Positions 31,371 to 41,255 of a stretch of DNA of 64,000 nucleotides are shown piece after piece. A program made the translations under genes and the position numbers. The first letter of the stretch is position 1. Each line of letters begins with the position of its first letter. Location: NCBI GenBank assembly GCA_963773925.1, contig CAVZDC010000012.1:128553-192552 (forward strand), read 5' to 3'. The notes below the pieces were generated by a model that had not been told where the DNA came from, did not search any database, and worked only from the letters and a program-made list of their open reading frames with translations. The stretch is from Pirellulales bacterium. GTDB lineage: Bacteria > Planctomycetota > Planctomycetia > Pirellulales > JADZDJ01.

Positions 31371-32189
31371 ATGAACCTACCCGCCAACAACCGCGCGCTG
31401 CGCATCTTGCAATCGTTTGCTTGCTGGCCACGATGATCGGCATAAATGCTGCGCCGTCGACTGCGCGGCGACGACGCTGCCGCAGAGCATCCCTTGGCCC
31501 CCGCTTTGGCGTTTGCACGCAAGGTGCAGGCTAACATCGATGCCAACGTCCGCGATTACACAGCCACGCTCGTGAAGCAAGAGCGCATCGGCAACGAACT
31601 GAAGCCGCCGGAAACGTGCTTCATCAAGGTGCGAAACAATCCATTCAGCGTGTATATGAAGTTTCTGGCGCCCGATAATCTCAAAGGGCAGGAGGTGATC
31701 TATGTCGCCGGCGCCAACGACGGCAAGCTAATCGGCCACGCCGGCAGCGGCTTGATGGCATTGGCAGGAACCAAATGGCTCGATCCCAAAGGGGCGATCG
31801 CCATGCTGGGTCAACGCTATCCGATCACCGAACTGGGCATGTCCAACCTGGTGAAACGGCTGATCGAAGTGGGCGAACATGATGAAAAATTTGGCGAGTG
31901 CAACGTGTGGCGCAGCGACGATGCCAAAGTCGACGATCGCCCCTGCATTTCGTACACCGTGATGCATCCCGTCCGACGCCGCGAGTTTCTGTTTCACATC
32001 GCGCGGATTTTTGTCGACAAGGAGCTGATGGTGCCGATTCGCTACGAGGCCTACGATTGGCCCGCCAGGCCCGGCGATCAGCCGCCGCTGTTGGAAAGCT
32101 ACACGTACGCCCGCTTGAAGCTGAATCCCGGATTGACCGACGCCGATTTCGATCCGAACAATCCGCAATACAACTTTGTGAGGAAGTGA
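31371..32189 (+). CDS. DUF1571-like protein, paralog 2 (two slips in the signal-peptide region)
   Basis: ORF 31446..32189 aligns along its whole length with the preceding gene (shared blocks NVRDY.AT, NPFSVYM.FLAP..LKGQE, GQRYPITELG.SNL...LIEVG.HD, VPIRYEAYDWP, LKLNPGLTDADFD). Confidence 0.5.
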
Positions 32190-32220
32190 AGCCCCATGTG
32201 GCGCACGGTTTCCTCCCCGC

Positions 32221-33051
32221 TTGCGCAGAATTTGGCGATGGTTTGGTCTCCTGGCACTTGGATATTTGCTGATCGTGCTGGCGATGATGTTTCTGGAAAA
32301 CTCGCTCGTGTATTTTCCGGCGAAGTATCCGGAGGGGGATTGGAATCCGCCGGGGTTGGTGTTCGAAGATGCCTGGTTCAATGCCGCCGACGGCACAAAG
32401 CTGCACGGCTGGTTTGTGCCGCACGAGCATCCGCGGGCGGTGGCCCTATTCTTGCACGGCAACGCCGGCAACATTACCCACCGCGACGACATGCTGCGCG
32501 AGTTGCACTGCATGCGTGTGGCGGTGCTCGCGCTGGATTACCGTGGCTATGGCCGCAGTGAAGGCTCGCCCAGCGAAGCGGGAGTTCTGGCCGACGGCCG
32601 CGCGGCTCGAAAGTGGCTGGCCCAGCGCGAGGCCATTCCGGAAAGCCAGATCGTGCTGATGGGCGAATCGCTCGGCGGCGCCGTGGCGGCGATTTTGGCC
32701 GGCGAAGCGCCTGCACGCGGCCTGGTGCTGGAAAATGCCTTCTGCAGCCTGCCCGACGTGGCGGCGTATCACTATCCGTGGCTGCCGGTCAAGGTGCTGA
32801 TCCGCACACAACTCAACGCCGGCGAGGCGATCGGCAAATTCCACGGCCCGCTGCTGCAAGCTCATGCCGAGGCCGACACAATCGTGCCGCTCAAGCTGGG
32901 GCGGAAACTGTTTGCCGCGGCAAACGAGCCAAAGCAATTTCTCGTGATCGCCGGCGCCGATCACAACGATCCACGTTCGCTGGAATTCTTCAACGCGCTG
33001 GATCGCTTTTTCGACAACCTGCCGCCGGCAGACGTGGCTCAATCAAATTGA
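32221..33051 (+). CDS. Alpha/beta hydrolase (membrane-anchored)
   Basis: Intact ORF with FLHGNAGN, nucleophile elbow GESLGGAVA, and a C-terminal ..GADHND. Confidence 0.75.
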   Translation: MRRIWRWFGLLALGYLLIVLAMMFLENSLVYFPAKYPEGDWNPPGLVFEDAWFNAADGTKLHGWFVPHEHPRAVALFLHGNAGNITHRDDMLRELHCMRVAVLALDYRGYGRSEGSPSEAGVLADGRAARKWLAQREAIPESQIVLMGESLGGAVAAILAGEAPARGLVLENAFCSLPDVAAYHYPWLPVKVLIRTQLNAGEAIGKFHGPLLQAHAEADTIVPLKLGRKLFAAANEPKQFLVIAGADHNDPRSLEFFNALDRFFDNLPPADVAQSN

Positions 33052-33060
33052 TCCCCGCCT

Positions 33061-34341
33061 TTAGCGCGGATAAACGCTGTTGGGCTGCCGAGTGACGTTT
33101 TCCTCGCGCGACTTGTCGGCGGGCAGAATGAGCTCGGTGCCGGGCCGCAGATAGTCGAAATCGTTCCCCAGCACCTCGCGGTTCAGGTCGTAGATTTCCG
33201 CCCAGCGCGATGTTTTGCCAAGTTCGTGCCGCGCAATTTCGAACAGCGTATCGCCATCCTCGACCGTGTAAACGCGGCCCGTGTCCGGCAGCCGGCCGTT
33301 GCTCGCAGTCAGGCGCTGCTGCACACGCGCCACTTGCTTGCGCGGCGCAGGACACAAATCGGGATAATTGTGCCGTAGCACCGATTCGTCGGGCACCGAA
33401 AGAATTTGCCCGATTTTCATCTCATCGACTTCCGGATGCAGCTTGCGATTATGTTCGTACAGCGCCTTGAAAAACGCGCCGGTGCCGTAGGCCTTTTGGC
33501 TGATGATCCAGAAACTGTCATTGGGCTGCACGGTGTATTTGTCGCCTTCGCGCTGAATGCCGGCCGCCGGAGCAATGGCCCCGGTTGGCGCGACAGCAGC
33601 GTTCGCCGACGAATACCGCTGTGTCGCAGGCGTGTCGTTGGCTGCGATGGGATACAACTCGGCACGGGGCACGCTGGAATACCGATCGTCCTGCCCGCGC
33701 GGTTCGCTGCGGCGCGGCTCGCTGTGGCGCGGTTCGCGAACCATCGCATCGCCGTAGCGCGACCCGCCGCTCGCATGCGGCTCCAATCTTTCTCGATCCC
33801 GCGGCTCGGCTTCCGTCCGCGAAGGCTGACCATCGTGCCCCTTCTCGTTGCTGTCGGCGTAGCCGGAGCGATAGGGCTGCGGGTTGTTGGAATTCGAAGG
33901 GCTATTGGCCGCACCGTCGAACGGATCGCGCACCTTGTTGGCATATCGATCGCCCACTTCGGCAATCGGCAACGGCGTGGCGATCAGCGTGGGAGCTTGT
34001 TCGGCGGCGGACGTTCGGCGATCTTTCCGGCGGGTCTTGCGCCAGCGGCGGTTTTGCTTTCGCCGCATGCAAATGTTTTTCGCCACGGTCGGCCGGTGTT
34101 TCGCAGTGCAACCGATTCCGGCGGTTTGCCGCTTTCAGCCTTGGGGGTTACCAGCGTCGGTGGACCAGTGCGGATGGGCGAGCTTCGTTGAAGCGGATTC
34201 GGCCGCCGACCCATTCGCCGGCTGACGAGCATTGGTCAGTACCGCATGCCCCGGCCGCGCCAGTCGCTTCATCAGCAAGCCGATGAAGATCGAAAGCAAA
34301 ATGCCGATGAACACCAATCCGAGTTTGGTTTCGTGTTTCAT
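33061..34341 (-). CDS. Bitopic membrane protein with two C-terminal LysM domains (frameshifts near 34100-34150)
   Basis: ORF 34135..34341 (MKHETKLGLVFIGILLSIFIGLLM, a TM helix) joined to ORF 33061..34086 (YTVQPNDSFWIISQKAYG...; YTVEDGDTLFEIARHELG...LRPGTELILP). Confidence 0.7.
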
Positions 34342-34406
34342 AACTGCCTCCTCCGTGAGGCAAATGTTTTGCTGCGACTATCCGCTTCGCTGAAATTCGT
34401 TTCGCG

Positions 34407-35286
34407 TCAAATCCGTTCCGCGATACGCAGCTTCGCGCTGCGGCTGCGGGGGTTTCGGGCAATTTCCGCCTCGTGCGGCGTTATCGGTTTTTTGGTGATC
34501 GGCTTCAGCCGCGGATCGTTTTGAAATGCTTCCTTCACCGGGCGATCTTCCAGCGAATGAAAGCTGATGATCGCCAGCCGTCCGCCGGGCTGCAAACAAT
34601 CGGGCAATCTGCGTAAGGCAATCTCCAGGGATTTCAGTTCGTCGTTCACCGCAATTCGCAAGGCTTGAAACGTGCGAGTGGCCGGGTCGATCCGTTGCTT
34701 CCGCGCCACCGCCGGCACGGCCTGCCGCACGATATCGGCCAACTGCCGCGAGGTGTTGAATCGGGTTGTGGTGCCGCCGCTCGACAATCGCTTTGGCGAT
34801 CCGCCGGCTGAAACGCTCCTCTCCAAAGTGAAAAATGAAATCGGCCAGGTGTTCGGCGCTCAGCCGATTCACCAGCCGCGAAGCCGGCTCGCCTTTGAGC
34901 GGATTGAATCGCAAATCCAACGGACCATCGGCATCGAAACTAAACCCACGCGAGGCGTCGGCCAACTGATCGCTCGACAAGCCCAAGTCCAGCACGAATG
35001 CCATCGACCGTTTTCACTCCGATTTCCGCCAACAGTTCCGGCAGCTCGCAATAATTTCCTTGGATCAGTTCGATCGGCAATCCGCGCAGGTTTTCGCCCG
35101 CCGCCGCCACGGCCGCCGGATCGCGGTCCACGCCGATCACTCGCCCCGTCGGTCCACGCGCTCGGCGATCGCCCGCGCATGACCGCCGCCCCCCAAGGTT
35201 CCATCGACAAACACGCCGCCCGCTTGCGGATTCAGCCCCTCGAGGACCTCGGCCAGCAGAACGGGCTCATGACGTGCAGGTGGCAT
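34407..35286 (-). CDS. rsmH: 16S rRNA (cytosine1402-N4)-methyltransferase (at least 3 frameshifts)
   Basis: ATG 35286: [18 protein letters not shown]...[12 protein letters not shown]. Then ORFs 34940.., 34378.. ([19 protein letters not shown]) and 34407..34826 ([17 protein letters not shown]...ISFHSLEDR). Confidence 0.85.
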
Positions 35287-35522
35287 GGAATCTATCACCG
35301 CGGAAACACGGAAAACTGCCGCCGGCCCAATCGCCGCGATCGGCGAATGCCCATTCTAGCGCACGGCGAGCGCATAGCGCAGCAACGAATTCCGGTTTCC
35401 GCGAGCCCAAACCAGCGAAACACGCCACGATCGTGGCAACGGCATCCGCTTCGACAAGCCTTTGGCGGACGCAAGGCTGGGGTATGTACCGCTTTCGGCG
35501 GATTGGGGCAAGCGGAGTTCTG

Positions 35523-35607
35523 GAAAATGCAGAAGGCAAAAGGCAGAAATTTCGAGGGATCTTGCTGGTTTCCTGCCTTCTGCGTTCTGCTTTCTGCCTT
35601 GCATTTC
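35523..35607. repeat. Palindromic element built from heptamers: GCAGAAG GCAAAAG GCAGAAA, spacer, TTCCTGC CTTCTGC GTTCTGC TTTCTGC
   Basis: Read directly. The outer arms GAAAATGCA / TGCATTTC also pair. It lies about 240 nt upstream of rsmH. Confidence 0.65.
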
Positions 35608-36058
35608 GGCCGCCAAGGGCGAGGTGCTTCCATGTCACCCCGTGTGCCCTTGGAGACCGGTAGCCGACGAGTCGTTTAACGGGCCGACCGCGGCTGCTAT
35701 CGCCACCGACATCCATGCCGATGGCTTGCGCTTCGCAAGTCGCATCGCTCCAGCCCGTGGCCGACGGCTGGCGCAATGCATCGACTTGCAAAACCGCTGA
35801 TTGAGATCGTGATGGAAAAGAGCGGCGACCATCGATTCGATCGCCGCCCGATATTGCCCGGCTGTCGGCCTTCATCGTCAAGCGGGGTTTTTGTGGGAAA
35901 CCGATGCCAGGCGAAATTGCTTCGATAAGCCGCGCGAAAGCGCGTGCTAGCAACGCGTAAAATAATTACGGACGCCGGTCTTTTGTGAACAGGTGTTCAT
36001 GCACCTTGGGGACTAGCGGAATGCGGCTAGAATGGGCCGGCCTTGGATGTGTCTCGAT

Positions 36059-37128
36059 ATGGATTCAACACGCCGATCTGCCGTGACTTCTGAACTGGAA
36101 CAATACGATTACGATTTGCCTAAACAGTTGATCGCGCAGGAGCCGCTGGCAAATCGCTCCGACGCGCGGCTGATGATCGTCGATCGCCGGCGCGGCGCGA
36201 TCAGCCATCATCATGTGCGCGACCTTCCCGAACTGCTGCGGCGCGGCGATCAATTGGTGCTCAACGACACGAAGGTCATTCCCGCCCGACTGGTTGGCCT
36301 GCGCGACACCGGCGGACGCTGGGAAGGCCTGTTCCTGTCGCAGGAGCCCAGCGGCGCCTGGCAATTGCTGTGCAAGGCGCGCGGCAAGCTTACAGCGGGC
36401 GAAACCATTCAATTGCTCGATCCGCTGGCGCGAGGATACGCAATTGCGCCTGGTCGCCAAGTCGGAGCAGGGGGTTTGGCTGGCCCGGCCGGTTTCGGAA
36501 GAACCCCCCATGAAAATCTTGGAGCGCATCGGCCGCGTGCCGCTGCCCAAATACATTCGCAAAGGCGAAATGGTCGAAGCGGACCGACAGCGCTATCAAA
36601 CCGTTTTCGCGCGGCACAGCGGATCGGCGGCCGCGCCCACCGCGGGCTTGCATTTCACCGCCGAGCTACTGGCCCGCTTGCAAGCCGCCGGAATCGACGT
36701 CGTGAAAGTTACCCTGCACGTCGGGACTGGATACATTCGCTCCGATCCGCTCGCAAAAGCTGGCGGCCCACAAAATGCACAGCGAATGGGGACGCATCGA
36801 CGACGCCACGGTGGAACAATTGATTCGCGCTCGCAAAAGCGGCGGGCGAATTGTGGCCGTGGGCACCACCTCGGTGCGCGTGTTGGAAACGGCCGCCGCC
36901 GACGGCGTGCTCCGCCCCTGGGAAGGGCAAACGCAACTCTTCATCCGCTCGCCCTACCGCTTTCGCGCCGTCGATGCACTGATGACCAACTTTCACTTGC
37001 CCCGCACCACGCTATTGATTTTGGCGCGCACCTTCGGCGGCGACGACTTGATCCGCCGGGCCTACGACGAGGCCATTCGCCAGGAATATCGCTTTTACAG
37101 CTACGGCGATGCGATGCTTATAATCTGA
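36059..37128 (+). CDS. queA: S-adenosylmethionine:tRNA ribosyltransferase-isomerase (two frameshifts)
   Basis: ORFs 36032.., 36213.. and 36775..37128: YDYDLPKQLIAQEPL..RSDARLM, VPLPKYIRKGE, AAPTAGLHFT, AVGTTSVRVLE, LMTNFHLPRTTLL. Confidence 0.85.
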
Positions 37129-37217
37129 GAAATGCCGACACCCCTTGCACATTGCCCGAATGTATCAGTCGGCGCATCTCGCCAATCTCGACTTCGCTTC
37201 GTATATTGACCCCATAG

Positions 37218-37238
37218 CCGGAGGTCAACGACCTCCGG
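37218..37238. other. Perfect 9-bp stem-loop CCGGAGGTC-aac-GACCTCCGG downstream of queA
   Basis: Read directly. No U-tract follows. Confidence 0.4.
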
Positions 37239-37308
37239 AGAACCACCACTGTATCCTCAAATCTCTAACCCCTCCCCGAAAACCAACCACCTAGAAACGG
37301 ATTTCCCC

Positions 37309-37928
37309 ATGCCACTGGTTCACACCGAAAGCGTTTTGGTCGTCCCCGCCGAACTGTTTCACCGCTTGGGTCATTTCGAAGGATTCTCTTCCCAAGTCGA
37401 TCGCTATTTGGGCGAACTGCTCAGCCCGCAAAAACACGACGTATCGGCCCCGCGAAGAGATGGAAGAAAACGCCAGCTTCAAGCAGCTCATTCCTTACGT
37501 CATTTTCCGTTATCGAGACAAATCGGGCGCGAACCAGGTGTTCCAGTACACACGCGGCAAAGGCATGGGGGAAGATCGCCTGCACAGCAAACGCAGCATC
37601 GGCGTGGGGGGCCACATTTCCGTTCGACGACCGGATTACCGACGACGCCGTGCCTTATGCCGAAGGCATGCATCGCGAATTGGCCGAGGAAGTGATTATC
37701 GACACCCCGTACGTCGAGCAATGCATTGGGCTGATTAACGACGACCACACCCCCGTCGGCCGGGTCCATCTGGGCGTAGTGCACCTGTTCGACGTCGAGC
37801 GGCCCGCCGTGCGACCCCACGAACCTGAAATCCTCGACGCCGGCTTCCGCCCCGCCAGCGAACTGCTTGCCGATTTGGACCGCTTCGAATCGTGGTCGCA
37901 ATATTGCCTGCGGGCACTATTTGGCTGA
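37309..37928 (+). CDS. NUDIX-like hydrolase (two frameshifts)
   Basis: ORFs 37309.., 37460.. and 37650..37928. Nudix-box-like GVGGHIS...[15 protein letters not shown]. Confidence 0.5.
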
Positions 37929-37958
37929 GTGGTGACCAATTGAGGGTAGGTTCGAAGC

Positions 37959-39189
37959 ATGGCGAGCGACTACCCCATTTACATGGATAACCACGCGACC
38001 ACGCCGGTGGATCCGCGCGTGCTCGAGGCCATGTTGCCGTATTTCACCGAGCAGTTCGGCAATGCCGGCAGCACCAGCCATCGCTACGGCTGGGAAGCAA
38101 AAGAAGCGGTCGATGCGGCGCGGGAATCGATCGCCGCAGGCATTGGTGCCCAGCCGCGCGAAATCGTGTTCACCAGCGGCGCCACGGAAAGCAATAATCT
38201 TGCCTTACTCGGCGTGGCCGAGCGCGCCAAAGAGCGAAAGCCCGGCTAAGTCGGTTCACATCGTCAGCGTCGCCACCGAACACCGGGCGGTGCTCGACCC
38301 ATTGGCGCATCTGGAAAGGCATGGGTGCGAAGTCACGCTGCTGCCTGTCGAACAAGCCGGCAGCTCGCGGGCGGGCTTGATCACGGCCGATCAAGTGGCA
38401 GCAGCAATTCGCGACGACACTGCCCTGGTTAGCGTAATGCTGGCGAACAACGAAATCGGCGCCATCCAGCCGCTCGCGGAAATTGGCGCCGTTTGCCGAT
38501 CGCGCGGCGTGCTGCTGCATACCGATGCCACGCAGGCGGTGGGAAAAATCCCGGTCAACGTCGATGATCTAAAGGTCGATCTGCTCAGCTTCTCGGCGCA
38601 CAAAATCTACGGCCCTAAAGGAATTGGGGCATTGTTCGTGCGGCGCCGCGCACCGCTGGTGAAACTGGAGCCGCAAATCTTCGGCGGCGGTCAGGAAAAC
38701 GGCTTCCGCAGCGGCACCGCCAATGTGCCAGGCATTGTCGGTTTCGCCCGGGCGCTGGAATTGTGCATCGAAGAAATGCCGCGCGAACAGCCGCGGCTGG
38801 CGAAATTGCGTGATCGGCTCTACGCTGGCTTATGCGAACGCTTGGATAACATCGGCCTGAACGGCCCCGCCCTCGATCAACCAACACTGCGCCTGGCGGG
38901 CAATTTGAATGTCAATTTCGGCTATGTCGAAGGCGAAGCGTTGCTATTGGACATGCAGGATCGCCTGGCCGTCAGTTCCGGCAGCGCATGCACCTCCGCC
39001 GATCCGCAACCCAGCCACGTGCTGCGAGCTTTGGGCCTGCCGGAAGATTTAGTCCGCGGCAGCCTGCGCTTCGGCCTGGGGCGATTTAACTCCGCCCCGG
39101 AAGTCGAAACCGCGATTGAGGTGATTACCGATTCCGTCGATCGCCTGCGCAAGCTCAGCAGCATGGCGATAGAGACGAATTACCAATGA
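37959..39189 (+). CDS. iscS: Cysteine desulfurase, IscS/NifS family (frameshift near 38240)
   Basis: ORF 37959..38249 ([18 protein letters not shown]...[10 protein letters not shown]) joined to ORF 38062..39189 ([16 protein letters not shown], the PLP lysine; SSGSACTS, the active-site Cys). Confidence 0.85.
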
Positions 39190-40208
39190 CCAAGCATCAA
39201 TGACCATTGACTCCCATCAGCATTGGTCACGGATATCTGGTCGCAGTCTCGCGCGTCGAGCACCGTTTCCAAATCCGCCGCCAACGGGGCCTCAAACGTC
39301 AGTTCTTCGCCGCTCACCGGGTGCCGCAGCTTCAGCCGCCGCGCATGCAACGCTTGCCGGTTCAGCAGAATTTGGTGGTCGTTCGGGATCGCGGCGAATT
39401 TCTCCCCGCGTGATCTCCGCCCGCCCCCCGTATTGCTTGTCGCACAACACCGGGCAAGAGATGGCCGACAGGTGCACGCGAATTTGATGCGTCCGCCCCG
39501 TCTTCGGCGCACCGCGCAGCGCGGCGAAACCGTCGAACCGTTCCGCGACCTCATAGAACGTTTGCGCCGGCCGGCTGGTGGTGTGCTCGCGGCGGATCGC
39601 CATCTTTTCGCGCTGATAGGGATGCGCGCCGATCGGCATGTCGATCACGTCCCGATCCCGATCCGGCACGCCGACCACGATGGCGAAATATTCCTTCTCC
39701 ACGGTGCGCTTGCCGAACTGCTCGGCCAGCGCGTAATGGGCGGCATCGGTCTTGGCCACCACCAGCACGCCGCTGGTGTCGCGATCCAGGCGGTGCACAA
39801 TGCCCGGCCGCGTCGGCCCGCCCGCGCCGCTGAGCTTTTCGAAATGAAACGCCAGGGCGCTGGTGAGCGTGCCGGCCCAGTGCCCCTTGGCCGGATGCAC
39901 CACCATGCCCGGCGGCTTGTTGACCGCCGCCAGGTGCTCGTCTTCATACAGAATATCCAGCGGAATATCTTCCGGCACCGGCCCGGGGCGCGGCGGCTCG
40001 GGCAGCGTGATCGACAATTGCTGGCCGCCTTTCAGCCGTTGTCCCGCTTTGGCCGGTCTGGCCATTCAGCGTGACGCCGCCGGCATCGATGGCGCGCCGC
40101 AGAAACGCACGGCTGAATTGCAGGAAATTGCCGGGCCAGATAAACGTCGAGCCGACAACCGGCATGCTCCGCCTCGACCACACGCTCTATCGGCGGTTGA
40201 GAGGACAT
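39180..40208 (-). CDS. rluD: 23S rRNA pseudouridine synthase, RluA/RluD family (about 3 frameshifts; the C-terminal tail is probably repeat-derived)
   Basis: ATG 40208: [28 protein letters not shown] (S4-like). ORF 39292..40065 ([20 protein letters not shown]...[18 protein letters not shown]...[11 protein letters not shown]). ORF 39180..39554 ([23 protein letters not shown]). Confidence 0.8.
39182..39230. repeat. TGACCAA-type heptamer element, copy 1 (ACCAATGACCAAGCATCAATGACCATTGAC...CATTGGTCAC)
   Basis: Matches the left arm of the 44058..44144 element with 2 mismatches over about 28 nt. It contains the iscS stop codon (39187..39189) and encodes the last residues of the ORF assigned to rluD. 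Confidence 0.7.
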
Positions 40209-40209
40209 C

Positions 40210-41086
40210 TCACTTCGAAGCTTCAGGCGACTTCGATTTCTCGGCCGCGGCAGGCGGCGGTGCAGTTGGCGATGGTGCGGCGGGCGGACTTGCAGCCGGC
40301 CCAGTCGCGGTCGGTGTGGCTGCCGGCGCAGCGGCACCGGAAGATGCGCCCGGCATGCTCGGCCCCATGGCGCTCGGCAGATTCACGTCGCCCGGCGAAG
40401 GCGACTCTTTCAGATCAAACGAGGGTTTCAATCCCGGTACGCCCGGCCCCGTGTCCGTCTTGGGCGGCTGCGGATTTTGCGCGGCAAACCAATCGTAGAA
40501 CTCCTTCGTCGCCGGTTGATTCAGCCGCGACAAGTGCTGCCGCGCCGGCTCAGCCAACGGCACTATCGGGATAGTCCTTGGCCAATTGCACGTACGCGAG
40601 CCGGGCCTGATCCAAATCGCCCAGCGATTCGGCGGCACGTGCCACTCCGTACATCGCCCAGGAACGCAGCGACGGGTCGCGCGTGGCTTTCTGCACCTCG
40701 TCGAACAAGCCCATCGCCTTGGAAATATTGTCGCGCCCCGCCGGTTTGTTGTGATACAACGTCGTGGTGCCGCTATCGAGCAACGATTCCGCCAGCAGCA
40801 GTTGCGCCACGACCGCTTGCGACGTGCCGGGATAATCTTTCACCGTGGCTTGCAATTCCGCCAGCGCCTGCCCTTGCATGTCCATTGCGGCAATCAATTG
40901 ATCCGACGCAGCTGCGGCGTTTCGCTCGCCTGACCCCTGCATGTAGACGATTACCGCGGCAACCACCACCACGGCAATCAACCCGACCGTGATCAGGCCG
41001 GAGTACGGCCGCAGCTTCTCACCGGTCGCACTCAGCCATTCAGCCAGGGCGTTGGTGTGCAGATCGTGTCGTTCTTTGGCTTTCAT
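40210..41086 (-). CDS. Membrane-anchored TPR-like protein (YfgM-like architecture) with Pro/Ala-rich tail (frameshift near 40560)
   Basis: ORF 40550..41086 (N-terminal TM helix SGLITVGLIAVVVVAAVIVY, then helical repeats) joined to ORF 40210..40638. Confidence 0.45.
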
Positions 41087-41219
41087 CAGTTGGAGTATAG
41101 GGCTGGCGGAAGAAAAGCGTCAAGGCCGGCAAGTTGCGGCGATTGGCGCCGGTTCGGGCGACTCGGCGGACCGATAGACAAGCCGCCGCGCGCGCCGATA
41201 AACTCGCACCGCCGCTAAG

Positions 41220-41254
41220 TTCTGCCTCCTGATTCCTGACGCCCGATTCTCGAC
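41220..41254. repeat. Direct heptamer array TTCTGCC TCCTGAT TCCTGAC GCCCGAT TCTCGAC
   Basis: Read directly. It ends 1 nt before the TTG start of uvrD. Confidence 0.5.
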
Positions 41255-41255
41255 C

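Noticed and set aside
35287-35950. Possible mraZ upstream of rsmH
   Set aside because: The only support is a short ..PLDDEGR.. followed in another frame by ..YRAAIES... The apparent second D..GR motif (EMQGR) lies inside the heptamer palindrome and is probably coincidental. I could not reconstruct a convincing MraZ across frames.
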